A DNA stretch of 64,000 nucleotides, from positions 1-64,000 of the forward strand of contig JAXLNO010000546.1 of NCBI GenBank assembly GCA_038087875.1, given 5' to 3'. Origin of the DNA: Malacoraja senta (Eukaryota). Shown here piece after piece: positions 35,648 to 48,987 of the stretch. Numbering within the stretch: the stretch's first letter is position 1; the number at the start of each line of letters is the position of its first letter. Made by a program: the position numbers and the translations under genes. The notes under the pieces were generated by a model, which saw only the letters and a program-made list of their open reading frames with translations, was not told the DNA's origin and searched no databases.

Positions 35648-37450
35648 CTACAGCTTTATTAATAGCAAAAGGATAACAAGGAATAAAATCGGTCCATTGG
35701 AGAGTCAGAGTGGACAGCTATCTGCAGAGCCAAAAGAGATGGGGGAGATATTGAACAATTTCTTTTCTTCGGTATTCACGAAGGAGAAGGATATGGAATT
35801 ATGTGAGGTAAGGGAATCGAGCAGAGTAGCAATGGAAACTGTGAGATTCAAAGAAGAGGAGGTGCGGACACTTTTGAAAAATATGAAAACGGATAAGTCT
35901 CCAGGTCCTGACAGGATATTCCCTAGGACATTGAGGGAAGTTAGTGTAGAAATAGCAGGGGCTATGACAGAAATATTTCAAATGTCATTAGAAACGGGAA
36001 TAGTGCCGGAGGATTGGCGTACTGCGCATGTTGTTCCGTTGTTTAAAAAGGGTTCGAAGAGTAAACCTAGCAATTATAGACCTGTTAGTTTGACGTCAGT
36101 GGTGGGCAAATTAATGGAAAGGATACTTAAAGATAATATATATAAGCATCTGGATAAGCAGGGTCTGATTAGGAACAGTCAACGTGGATTTGTGCCTGGA
36201 AGGTCATGCTTGACTAATCTTCTTGAATTTTTCGAAGAGGTCACTAGGGAAATTGATGAGGGTAAAGCAGTGGATGTTGTCTATATGGACTTCAGTAAGG
36301 CCTTTGACAAGGTTCCTCATGGAAGGTTGGTTAAGAAGATTCAATTGTTGGGTATTAATGGTGGAGTAGCAAGATGGATTCAACAGTGGCTGAATGGGAG
36401 ATGCCAGAGAGTAATGGTGGATGGCTGTTTGTCAGGTTGGAGGCCGGTGACTAGTGGGGTGCCTCAGAGGTCTGTGTTGGGTCCACTGTTGTTTGTCATG
36501 TACATCAATGATCTGGATGAAGGTGTGGAAAATTGGATTAGTAAGTATGCAGATGATACTAAGATAGGTGGTGTTGTGGATAATGAAGTAGATTTTCAAA
36601 GTCTACAGAGAGATTTAGGCCATTTGGAAGAGTGGGCTGAAAGATGGCAGATGGAGTTTAATGCTGACAAATTTGAGGTGCTACATCTCGGCAGGACAAA
36701 TCAAAATAGGACGTGCACGGTAAATGGTAGCGAATTGAGGAATGCAGTTGAACAGAGGGATCTAGGAATAACTGTGCATAGTTCCCTGAAGGTGGAATCT
36801 CATGTAGATAGGGTGGTAAAGAAAGCTTTTGGTGTGCTGGCCTTTATAAATCAGAGCATTGAATATAGAAGTTGGGATGTAATGTTAAAATTGTACAAGG
36901 CATTGGTGAGGCCAATTCTGGAGTATGGAGTACAATTTTGGTCGCCTATTTATAGGAAGCATGTCAACAAAATAGAGAGAGTACAGAGGAGATTTACTAG
37001 AATGTTGCCTGGGTTTCAGCAACTAAGTTACAGAGAAAGGTTGAACGGGTTAGACAGAGTGGACGTGGATAAGCTTTTCCCATTGAGAGTAGGGAAGATT
37101 CAAACAAGGGGACATGACTTGAGAATTAAGGGACAGAAGTTTAGGGGGAACATTAGGGGGAACTTCTTTACTCAGAGAGTGGTAGCTGTGTGGAATGAGC
37201 TTCCAGTGGAAGTGGTGGAGGCAGGTTCGATGTTATCCTTTAAAAATAGATTGGATGGGTATATGGACGGGAAAGGAATGGAGGGTTATGGTCTGAGTGC
37301 AGGTAGATGGGACTAGGGGGAAGTATTTTATTTTTAATTAAAAAAAATAAAAAATAAAAAATAAAAAATTAAATGTTCGGCACGGACTTGAAGGGCCGAG
37401 ATGGCCTGTTTCCGTGCTGTTATGGTTATATGGTTATATGGTTATATGGT
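35648..37450 (+). mobile_element. 5'-truncated CR1 LINE with open RT frame (35628-37316)
   Basis: YADD intact; near-identical to the 9139-11292 copy; 72-nt in-frame deletion near the C-terminus; tatt flanks; empty site ~40434. Confidence 0.95.
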
Positions 37451-40400
37451 TATTACCATCTGAAGCTACCAAGGTCATTATGGTGGACGAACAGTATTCA
37501 GCATTGCCCCAGTAATCTGGTCAGTGAAATTTCAGTTATATTATAAACTGATGGGGTTCTAAGATGGAAAATTATGAATGCCATCTAGTTCAGAGGCGGA
37601 GGAGATTTGCATCAGTTAACAATTATTCAGTTATTGGTATGAACTACATATAGACACTAGATGCATTCTATAGGTTAAAGGGTTATTGAGTGAATATGCA
37701 TAATCTGCATTCTCAACGTTCTTTGTGTGTCTTGTGTGGGGGGCGGGGGGATAGGGGGAAACTGTTTCGGTCGCCTCCTCCACGGAGAGGCGACTTTTTC
37801 CAGGTTGCCTCCCCCATGGCCTAACAACAAGGATCGGTGCGGCCTTTCCTGGAGACTCGCCCGGGGCTTCAGCGGCCCCGCCAGTCCGCATGCGTCTTTA
37901 CGTCGCTCGCATGGCGATGTACCGGACTGGCAGGCACGTCGCTCCTGCCAGCGGTAAGTTTAAACCTACAGGGAAGTTTTATTTCTTACCAGGTTGTGTT
38001 TCTGGCAGGAACCTCTTCTTACAGAGGTTTCCTTCTGGATGCTGTAGCGGAGTCCGGACGAGCCGCGGGGAATCCGGCTTTGGGTTGTGAGGAGACTCCG
38101 GTCCAGACCGCGGAACGCTGGTAGCCGGCGGACGTCGGGTTCGTTACTTCAGCCGCTGACAAGGCGGTCAGCGGCTTCCAGGTCGCTGTGGTTCCCGTGG
38201 AGGGGTAAACAGTGGCTGGGAGGAAAAGCCATTAAAAAGTAAGGCCCGTGGACTCCGATGAGTCCGGCCAGGAGGACCCCCCTCCCACGAGAAGCGACGT
38301 CTGTGGAAGTCTGGCAAAGATGGAGCACCTGATGGAAAGGATGCTCCATCATGACATGCTCCAGGAGGAGCTTTATATCCGTGGATCACCCCATGGGCCC
38401 GTGGCAGCAGCTTCTGTTCAAGGGCTGCATAGGGAAGATCTGCTCCATGAAGAGGAGCCTTATATCCACGGGTCTTCTTGGGCCCTATGGCAGCAGCACC
38501 TGTAGAAGGGCTGCATAATGTCTCCCTCATGGAGGAGGTGAGCTTACCAGGGCAGTTTTGTTCTGACCCTGATGTTGGAGGTATTGCAGAGCATACCCCA
38601 AGGCATGAAAGCCAAGAACCAGGGACGACAGGCATGGCATCGAAATGCGCCATACAAACTGGGTCTGATGAGCCAATACAAAGAATATCAGGGCTGGCTG
38701 GAAAGAGCTCCTGATGGAGAGGATGCTCCAGCACGATATGCTCCAGCAAGAGTAGCTTTATATCCGGGTGTCACCTCGGGGGCCCGTGGCAGCAGCACCT
38801 GTTGAAAGGCTGTCTGGAAAGAGCTCCTGAAGGAGAGGATGCTCCATCACGATATGCTCCAGCAAGAGGAGCTTTATATCCGGTGGTCTCCTCAAGTACC
38901 TCTGGCAGCAGCACCTATAGAAGGGCTGCATGATGTCTCCCTCTTGGAGGAAGTGAGCACACGGAGTCAGTTTTGTTCTGACTCCGAGATCAGAGGTGTA
39001 GCTGGTGAGCATACTCCGAGGCAGGGGCCTGCGGCAGCACCTGTTCAGGGCTGTCTACGAATCTCCCTCTCTGTGGAGGGACGTGCGAGTAGTCAGTGGG
39101 TAACTGACTTCAAATCCTAAAGTAAGTCTGTGGAACGTACTGGAACACATGCGTATGGATTCAAGGGAGTCCTCGCAAACGATGGTGGCAGAATACCCGT
39201 AAGGTGCTAGAGTTCTCCTCATGCTATAAGTGCCGGGGATGAACAACGCTATCAGGGGTGACTTTAAAGACCAGCCGCCGAATCTTCCCTTCAGATAAGA
39301 CCTATTCAACAGGTAAAACCTGGATAAGGAAGCAAAGCTGTCGGACCAATCGAGGTACCAACGACGAGCAAAGCTTCGTCGTTGCGGCAACAACAACACC
39401 CCACGCCTCCATTGGAAGGAAGCAGTTCACTGAAGTTGGTGGCAGCATGAAAGCTGGACAGAGGTCTTCAAATCCAGAGACCCAAGTCGCGCTCAGGGAA
39501 AATATGGGACCATCTACAAGTTGGTAATATGTACACTTGTTTTTATACAAATGATAATGATAACATGTGTTACTTTATGTGTTGTATGAAAGTAGCATTC
39601 CCCTTGATAAGGATGGAAAGGGTCCTAGTGACCTTACAAGACACAAATGGTTGTGGCATCAAACCATGTAAAACTACACAATACTAGGATTCCAAGCACA
39701 GAATTGGGCCAGATTTATCTTTCCAGGCAAGCTCAGAATTATGTCCAGAATTGTCTTTCGAGGCAGGCTCAGTATTATGGCCAGCATTGGCTTTCGGGCC
39801 ACGCTCGGAAATTGGGCCAGAGTTGTTGCTCGAGCAGGTACGGAATTCGCAGGCGTGGCCTGTCCATTGTGAAAAAGATGCAGAATGTCGTTTAACTCGC
39901 ATGTTCAGTATAAATGTTTCCGAATAGGAAACGTTGCATCTGATTTCCTTAGGATGCTCCCATTTACAGAGATCACCGGAGACATTTTGAAATTTATCTG
40001 GATAAGGCAATGATAAAACATTGCAAAATAGGTTAACTTCAGTCCCCAGATTATTTACCAGATTACTAAAACCGATGCTTGGACTGCTCAGAGCTCAAAA
40101 ACATTTGTTATGTCTTGGCAGGAGGATATTGTAACGCTGTATGTTGTTAAAATCAACTGTTTCAGCCTCAAACTATGTTTAAGGAAATGAAGGTGATACA
40201 AACTAGACTTGTTCATCATTGGGATTTACCTTTAGCCTGCGACTTCGCCCTGAGATAAGAGATTGGAATTAATAGGAGCCTCGAACAATCTTGTTGTGAT
40301 AAAACAGCCTTCTATTCATTAACTATAATTGGCAATATAGTGGCTGTGATTCAGCTGTGCAAGTGGGGGAAATTACATCGTGCAAAGTAGTAATCTCTCA

Positions 40401-40716
40401 AATGCCACGTAGGTCTTGTGACAGACATTATGCTATTACCAGCTGAAGCTACCAAGGTCATTATGGTGGACGAACAGTATTCAGCATTGCCCCAGTAATC
40501 TGGTCAGTGAAATTTCAGTTATATTATGAACTGATGGGGCTCTTAGGTGGAAAATTATGAATGCCATCTAGTTCAGAGGCGGAGGAGATTTGCATCAGTT
40601 AACAATTATTCAGTTATTGGTATGAACTACCTATAGACACTAGGTGCATTCTATAGGTTAAAGGGTTATTGAGTGAATGTGCATAATCTGCATTCTCAAC
40701 ATTCTTTGTGTGTCCT

Positions 40717-41183
40717 AATAATAATAATAATACATTTTATTTATGGGCGCCTTTCATAAATCTCAAGGACACCTTACAAAGTTTAACAAATAGTAGAAAC
40801 ATGTAAGCGGAATGAAATAAATAGTAAAGACATCACGAGTACACAAATTAAAGAGAGAATTCAATCCAAAAACAAAAATCTAAAACACAATATGGAAGAG
40901 AGAACAGCGGCTGCTAAAGCGCGCCAGCGTCCACGCTCCCTTCCGGCAGCCATCTTGGACATAAAATAAAATATCATTAACACACAAAAGTCATCCCCCC
41001 ACAATGATTACCACTGTGGGGGAAGGCACAGTCCCCAACCCCAGTTCACCCAAAGTCAGGCCTATTGAGGCCTCCATAGTTGCCTCTACGGAGGCCCGAT
41101 GTTCCTGGCCGTTCTCACCGGGTGTTGTTGCCCCGGCGTCGGGAGAGTCCTAGCAGCAGCTGGGCCACCTGGAACGGCCGATC
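40717..41183 (-). mobile_element. SINE-like element with L2-type tail
   Basis: Tail gtaaggtgtccttgag..gaaaggcgcccataaataaaatg(tat)n; tcct flanks; absent from unit A at ~37731. Confidence 0.75.
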
Positions 41184-42000
41184 TCCTTGTGTGGGAGGTA
41201 AGGAGGAAACCGTTTCGGACGCCTCCTCCACGGAGAGGCGACTTTTTCCAGGTAGCCTCCCCCGTGCCCTAACAACAAGGTTCGGTGCGGCCTTTCCCGG
41301 AGACGCGCCCGGGGCTTCAGCGGCGGGCGCAGCACGGACTCTCGGCGTGGAGCGGGCGAGCCCTAGCTGGGGCTCGTCGGAGGGGAGCGTTCCGTTCGCT
41401 GGTCCGCGGCAGCCGGCAGCCTGAAACCGCGGTATGCAGAGGTCCAGCTGGCGCGGCATCCGCAGCCCGGGATACCTCGTGGGGGACCCGCGGGAAGCAG
41501 AAGCTTCCACTCCGACTGCCGGCCCGCGGCCAACTTCTACCGCGGGCGCAGCGTGGACTTACAATCGGGAGCGGGGTCCCCCGCTGTCGATCCCTGAAGG
41601 GGAGCTTCGACTTCGACCGCAGGCCCTGCGGTCTGCGGTGCTTCTGGCTGCGGCACGAACTTTAAATCAACGGCCGCCGGCTTGCGGCCGACACCAGCCT
41701 GAAGATGCGGTCTCCGGTGGGAGAGAACCCGATTCAGGTCTTACCTTGCATTTCATTCATCTGGACGCCCGCAGCGGCGACTGCGGAGAGTTGAGGTCCC
41801 GACCACGGGGGAAAATGGAGGAGGACTGGCCAAATTGTGTGCCTTCCACCACAGTGATGAATGCTGTGGTGGATGTTTGTGTTAAATTTTATTGTGTTTT
41901 AGTGTATTCTTTCTCATTGTACCGCTGCTGCCAAATTCATTTCACTTGCACTTTATGTGCAATGTGACGAATAAAACCGTATTGTATTGTATTGTATTGT
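41184..42000 (+). mobile_element. GC-rich SINE-like retroposon
   Basis: Family motifs, hairpin 41845-41873, tail catttcacttgcac..gtgcaatgtgacgaataaa(gtatt)n. Confidence 0.7.
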
Positions 42001-44029
42001 TAAGTTGATACACTATGGTGGTGGCGTATGTAAGTCACATGGGAGAAATCAAGACAGAATATCCTGTAATAATTTACCTAATCTCAATTTACGTTGGAAT
42101 ATCATCACGTATAATCAATGACAAGGCAAAATGGGTGTTGGATCAAAGCATTTAATGAAATTATGGCTCAATGGAACACCGAATCGATATGTTTGTTTCC
42201 AGACACATTTACCGGTTGCAAAAATATGTGGCATAACAGTGGCAAAAGATACATTCTCGCTACAAGGAGTAAAAAGTTATGTTTGTGCCCCTTCATTTTG
42301 CCTCATTAATCGGGTCTTGCAATAAAGTCAGCAAGATCCCGCTCTAGGTTGTCGTTCTTTCCGACTGGCCTATGCAGCCATGCTTCGTCGGGAATAATAA
42401 TACAACCTTTTACGGTTATTCTAAACATAAAACTTGCTGTTTCAGCCTGTGGCTCGGGAAACCAGCCTCTGCATGATAAAATCAATTTATTGACATAGAT
42501 TCTGAGTAGACCGCTCTTGCGGCTCGGATTGTCAGACCGATCCATGTATGTGCTCGCTGCAGAGTGCAGGGATAGCACCAAGAAAGGTAAGCATTACATT
42601 TCCTCTTCAGGAGATGGGAAGCGTTTGTTTAAATACTTAAATTACATCTAATGCGGTACAGATAACTGGCGTCTTGGAGTTCGTTTCAAATGTGTCTTTG
42701 ACAATAAATTATGTTATAGGACCATTAACTGTGCCCAACGTGCCTTCCCATCATATTTGCTGCAGCAAAAGGGACCACTCTGTCGGGTTTCACCCCCTGA
42801 TACCGAGTTATAAAGGATATCTTTCACACAAGTTCTCCAAGGACAAGCACAGGGCAGTATGGGATATTGATGTGGTATTAACACTATTTCACCATGGGTC
42901 TCCAGCTACACCCTTAGCTTTGGCTCGGCTCTCATACGGTAGTTATCCTCATGGCACTGGTCTCAGCGCAACGGGTTCAGTCACTACATATTGTGACTGG
43001 ACAGGATGGTTACATTTGCAAATAATATTATATTTTAATGTTTATTTAAGCAGAGCAGACGTGAAGTCTCAAACTAGTTTCATGGCATACCTCATGAACC
43101 TTCGGTTGTGTATGGTCACACATATACAACAATACGTCAAGGTCACGAAGACCCTTAGAGGCTCTGAACTAACAATGTTTGTTAATTACAAAAAACTGTA
43201 TAAAAAGGTATTGGTTTGGACCATCTCCAAATGGTTGAAACGGGGTTTGGCTCATACAGGAGTAGATACTGATATTTTACGAGTCTCACTCCACCAGGGC
43301 TGCTACGACATCAGCAGCAGTGATTATGTACGTTCCGCTGGATCACATCCTGGCGACTGCAGGATGGGCGAACGAACTTCTGAACATTTCATAATAACCT
43401 ATTGCCAGACCAGGGGTGTTTGTCAACTCTATTTTATGTTCAGTGGTTAGTTTACTCCCGGATGAGAGGAGTTACTATTATTTATTCATTATGAATGCTT
43501 CCCTTATCTGTCAATGAAGCAGTTGTGGTTGTGTAGACTCGTTTCTCACGGCATGAAATCTCAGAGCTTTGAAATCTTCACGGAATCACTCACGTGACTC
43601 CGAAGTAAAATAGTAAGATTAAACGAGAACTTACCAGTTTGAAGTTTGATCTTTATTTTATGAGGAGATTATATGCCCGCCGCTCCCTGCCCTCTCTCAT
43701 AAAGGTCACTCGGTACTTCTAGTCTTCTCTAAGTCTTACTATGTTACTTCGACTGATGTTATCTGTGAGTTCACACCGCTGCTTTGAAGATTTTAAACGC
43801 ATGCGGACTGGCGGGGCTTCTTCTTCACGTAATCGCTCACCGTAACTCCTCATAAAATAAAGATCAAACTTCAAACTGGTAAGTTCTCGTTTAAACTTAC
43901 TATTCTTTATCGATCCGTATGGCAGACAAGCAGTTGGATAAATGTAGTGAGGATGCTTGGTCTCACTAGTCAGCATGAAGCTGTATATTTGTATTTATTT
44001 TAATCCGTGCAGCTGGGGTTCTTTGGTGG

Positions 44030-46310
44030 GATTATAGGATGGCGTGTTGCCTCCCAGAAGAGAGGATCCAGGACATAATGGAATGATTGCAGAGCATCCT
44101 CAAGCGTGATGGTGAGCAGCCGAAAGTGGTAGTGCATGTCGGCACAAATAAGGAGAAAGAGATTCTGCAGCGTGACTTTAGAGAGCTCCAAGGATGACGG
44201 AAAAGCAGGACCTCCTATTTGCTTATCTCCGGTTTGCTTCTAGTTCCTCCTGCGGCCGAGGGTAGGAACAGGGCGGTAGGTGTTCTGAATGAGTGGCTGA
44301 GGAGCTGGTGCAGGGGGCATGGATTTAGATTTTTAGACCACTGGGTCTGTTTTGGGTTAAGGGTGAATTGTACAAAAGGGGCGGGATACTCCTTAACAGG
44401 AGCGGGGGGCTGGGGGGTCAGCATTCTGGCAGGCAGGTTTGCCACGGCTACACGAGCGGATTTAAATTAAATAGTGGAGGGAGAGGGGTAAGAACAAATT
44501 GGAAATACAAGGTTCGAGTTAAAGGGAAAGAGAGGTTAGGGAAAGTTCAGAAAAACACAGAAATAAAGAGGCAGTAAGATCACTAGGAGATGGGAGAGTA
44601 TGGCCAAGCCAAATAGGAATCGATGTGAAAGATGAGGTGAGTAATGGATTAAAATTATTGTACATGAATGTTCGAAGTATAAGAAGTAAAGTGGATGATC
44701 TTGAGGCTCAGTCAGGGATTGGAAGATATGACATTGTACAGAGACAAGACTGCAGGAGGATCGGGACTGATAAATGAATATTCAGGATTATACGACCTAT
44801 TGAAAAGACTGGAAGGTGGGCAGAGGGGTGGGGTAACTGTTGGTGGGGGATGGAATTCCATCCCTTGCGAGGGGTGACATAGCAACAGACGATGTAGAGT
44901 CGCTGTGGATAGAATTGAGGAATAGTAAACACTCATGCAATAATAAACACTCATGCAAGGATACACTAATGCAATTTTGAAGAAAGGAGCGGGAGAAAAA
45001 ACGAGCAATTATAGACCATTTAGCCTGACACCGGTGGTAGATAAGATGTTTGGGTCTATTGTTAAAGAAGTTATAATGACGCATTTGGAGAGCAGTAAAA
45101 GGATTGATCCAGGTCAGCATGGATTTATGAAAGGCAAATCCTGCTTGACTGCTCTTCTGGAATGTTTTGAGGATGTGACAAGTAAAAGGGATGAAGGAGA
45201 GCGAGTGCATGTAGTGTATCTGTCTTTCAGAAAGCCTTTAATAAGGTCCCACATAGGAAATTAGTGGACAATATTAGAGCACATGGTATTGGGGGTAGGG
45301 TATTGACATGGACGGAGGATTTGTTGGCAGACAGGAAACAAAGCGTAGGAATAAACGGGTCCCTGTCAGAATGGCAGGCAGTGGCGATTGGAGTGCCCCA
45401 AGGCTCAATGATGGGGCGCAACTATTTACAATATTTAGTAATGATTTATGTGAAGGGATTGAAAGTAACACTAGCACATTTGCAGATGACACAGAGATGG
45501 GTAGCAGTGCGAACTACGAAGATGCTGCTAGGAGGTTGCAGGATTGGACAGGTTGACTGACTGGGCAGATGCATGGCAGATGCAGTATAATGTAAATAAA
45601 TGTGAGGTTATCCACATTGCCGGCAAGAACAAGGAGGCAGATTATTATCTCAATGCTGTCAAATTAGGATAAAGGGAAGTGCAACGAGACCTCGGTGTCC
45701 TTGTACACCAGTCACTGAAAGTAAACATGCAGGTACAGCAGGCAACGATGACAGCTTAGGGCATGTTCGCCTTCATAATGAGCGGATTTGACTATAGGAG
45801 TAAAAAGGTCCTTCTGCAGTTGTACGGGCCTTGTTGAGACCACATCTGGAGTATTGTGTGCAGTTTTGGTCTCCTAATTTGAGGGAAGACATCCTTGCTA
45901 TTGTAGCAGCGTAGGTTCACGAGGTCAATCCCTGGGATGGCGGGACTGTCATATGAGGATAGATTGGAAAGACTAGGCTTATATTCTCTGGTATTTGGAA
46001 GGGTGAGTGGGGATCTTATAGACACATGTAAAATTATAAAAGGAATGGACAAGCTAGATGCAGGAAAAGTGTTCCCAATGTTGGGGGGTCCAGAACCAGA
46101 GGCCACAGTCTAAGAATAAACCGGAGGCTATTTAAAACTGAGATGAGAAAAAGTATTCACCCAGAGAGTTGTGAATTTGTGGAATTATCTGCCACAGAAG
46201 GCAGTAGTGGCCAATTCACTTGATGAATTTAAAAAGAGAGTTGGATAGAGCTCTTGGTGCTAGCGGAATCATGCTGCAAATGGCCTCTTCCTGCATCTAT
46301 TTTATATATC
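44030..46310 (+). mobile_element. Old, internally deleted CR1 LINE
   Basis: ORF1 esterase relic (ISGLL..LNEWLRSWC..FRFLDHW), EN start, RT relics (NYRPFSLT, FADD), CR1 3' end. Confidence 0.88.
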
Positions 46311-46679
46311 TTTATTATTCCAGTGAACGTAGACCGTAGTGAGAGGGCAGTTCGATCAGAAAGGCTGCAGACGATTTGCTAATAAGGAACATATTCTCGG
46401 TTGACTGGCAACTACATGAAGGGTGGAAATACTTTTTTTTTGTGCCAGCTGCAATAATTCTTGTCTTATAGCTTCTCAATATCGGGCGCCTCAGTCTCTA
46501 TGATCGGGCGCCTCAGTCTCTAGTCGGCAATATACGCGTTGTCGTTATGTATGCCTCATTTCTGCTCACTGATGCATACAAAATGAGGACGTTCTGTTTT
46601 ACACTTTCTGCTCACTTGGAGTTCAGTGTCGTGCCAAAATCTGATGATGTCTACACCGCCAGTCCTAGTTAACAGATTC

Positions 46680-47405
46680 CATCGGGTGGCGCCACTGCGG
46701 TAGCTCCTTCGCCAACAATCTGTCAGTCCCTCTCTGTTTTTATTAGTGTAAGTATATTTTTAAAGTAGGATTCAGTGTTTCTTGGTTTGTTTAATGTGGG
46801 GGGTGGGATTCAGGGGAAATATTTTTTCGTCAGTTACGTCGACGGAGATGCGATTTTTCGCCATGAGGTATCTCCGCCCCCCACCCTTGCGGACCAACAA
46901 CGTGAGTGGTGTGGCCTTTCCTGAAGACCGGTCCGGAGCTTCAAGCCGCAGGCGTGGTGCGGAATTACCATCGCGGAGCCTGTGATCCGTTGCCGAGGAA
47001 CGACAGCAAAAGGGCACCGACCGCGGTTTCTGTGGACTTTAGCACTGTGAATCATGGTCTCGGGTAAGAAGTGGCCGACTCGGGAGCTCCCTGATGCGGC
47101 GTGTTCTGGTCCGTCCCGAAACCGGCGTTTCGATCATTCCGTCGCGTGTGCTTGGACATCGGATCGTCGGCAGCGGCGAACTGCGGAGGGTGCAGCCACG
47201 ACCACTGGTGACCAAAAGAAGAAAATGGCTGAACTTTATTGCCTTCGATCACAATGAGGAATGTTGCGGTGGATGTTTATGTTAAATTTTATTTTTATGT
47301 GGCTGTGTGTATTGTTGCTTTTCACTTAGTATGGCTGTATGGTTAATCAAATATCACTGTCCCTTAATTGGTGCATGATAATAAACGTGAACTCGAACTC
47401 GAACA
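46680..47405 (+). mobile_element. GC-rich SINE-like retroposon
   Basis: Starts cgggtggcgcc; ends tcactg..gtgcatgataataaa(gaactc)n; flanked by aacagat on both sides. Confidence 0.7.
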
Positions 47406-48215
47406 GATAAACAATCCTCTGGATAATGAGACACAGACACGTGGCTGTCGTAAAGAATGAGAACTGGGGCGATACTTGTCCAGTCACTGGACGTATTAAT
47501 AATATCGTGCAGTATTTGGCCCGTGGGTTTCTGTGCCTAGATTATTCTGGCACTTTTCATGGTACTTGTTAAATTATGCAAGCGAACCGCTTCCATCACT
47601 TCATCCAAAATTATTTTCTCTGTAATCACTACTCCCTGGGTGAAAAGTTTCCACCGTAGATCCGATCTCTTAACTTGCCGAACTGCTCCCTGGCGAATAG
47701 TTTACCTCTGAGCAATAGAGTCTACCTACCATTACATTGGACATCCGAATCATGTTCACTCTTAAACTTCGTTGTAATAAAAATAACTGCTCTCGTCTCT
47801 CCTCAACAGTGAAACAGTCCATTCCACCAACATCTTGCACGTTTTCCGATGCTACCACCTATTCCTACACTATGATGGACACTGAATTTAGGCTGAGATC
47901 TGGTTCATATTTTATATCATTGCATCAAATACTACCTGCGTAAACACAAATAAATGCCAGAATTCCATATCAGATTTCGCTACATGCATCTCGACCACGC
48001 ATCTTTGTACGTGTCTAACAATCTGCCTCTATACTTCAGATATTCTAATGTGGCCTAGCAGTTCTTTACAACAGGTAGGTATAAAACATAGGAAACGTGG
48101 CCAAGCTGTTCACGAAGTAATGCGTTATCCAAACCCCAGGTCTGACATATACAAGTATTATTGCACGAATATGGTCCATCAGGCAATAACCGCAACGAAG
48201 GCTTGTCAAGAAGTG

Positions 48216-48220
<5 letters not shown>

Positions 48221-48256
<36 letters not shown>

Positions 48257-48987
48257 AATTGTCATCTTGACCACTTCCTGTTTGCACTTAATATTGATAT
48301 TAGAAAAAACGCTACTACTTAAGACTGTGATTTTTGGCCAATTTACTCAGAGTCCCCCTCCGCTGCGCAGGACAAGACGGGTTTTCCCATCGTTTAAAAA
48401 TAAAAGAGTTATAAGTGTATTAAAAATGTTGAGATTCTACTTCCTGTCAATCACCACCATGGCCATACCCTTTCCGGTGGGGAGAGGGAAGGGACTATAA
48501 ACCCAGAAGTGTGGGCGTGGCTCAGTCTCCGCAGGATGGGGAGGGAGAGGTCACCTTACTGACCTTGCACCCTGCTTGAAATGGTATGAAACTGCTTTTG
48601 AATTAGGTGGACTTAGACCCTTTTTAAAATTGTATGAAACTGCTTTTGAATTTGGTGGCCTTGCACCCTGCTTGAAATGGTAGGAAACCTCATTTGAACT
48701 TGGTGGCCTGCATTCTGCTTGAAATTGAATTTCTAGGAATAGCCGTTAGTCAACTCCCAGCCCACCAGGCTTGACTGACTGAGCTGCCAGCCCACGAATC
48801 CATTTGGCCCACAATGTCCATACTAGCCCTCTGGAAAAGCAGCCCACAACACCCATACCAGCGCTCCAGCAAGTCCACCCCCACTGGCCACCAATATTGT
48901 AATTGGCGGAGAAGTGGAATTGGCGAAGCGTTGGGGGACCAGCCCTCCCGTGTGAACATGGGACCCAACGGATCCCACTTAGTCTAT
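48221..48987 (+). mobile_element. Non-autonomous Helitron-like element
   Basis: 3' hairpin gggaccc-aac-gg(g)tccc then 7 nt and CTAG|T (intact in mirrored copy 63489-63516); (AT)n 5' end; ~49-bp internal tandem repeats 48560-48725. Confidence 0.65.

Larger units (their letters stand above)
23400..41324 (+). repeat. Tandem duplication: unit A 23400-37876, unit B 37875-41324
   Basis: After removing insertions both units are colinear over ~3 kb; junction cttcagcg-gc-cccgccagtcc. Confidence 0.88.
23378..43904 (+). mobile_element. Old DIRS1 element (DIRS-D) with tandemly duplicated 5' part and multiple nested insertions
   Basis: Left end gagtgattccgtgaag..ccccgccagtccgcatgcgt complementary to ICR 43574-43610 and right ITR 43796-43830; gag relic MEHLMERML; RT relic ~35230/40020; MT/YR relics 42000-43450. 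Confidence 0.8.

Noticed and set aside
38330..38935. Regular repeats as possible CRISPR-like array (also 13400-13620, 48560-48725)
   Set aside because: Degenerate tandem repeats without unique spacers, inside eukaryotic TEs; no cas genes.
46481..46522. 22-bp tandem duplication (similar short ones at 105-163 and 50625-50675)
   Set aside because: Ordinary local slippage with no further structure.
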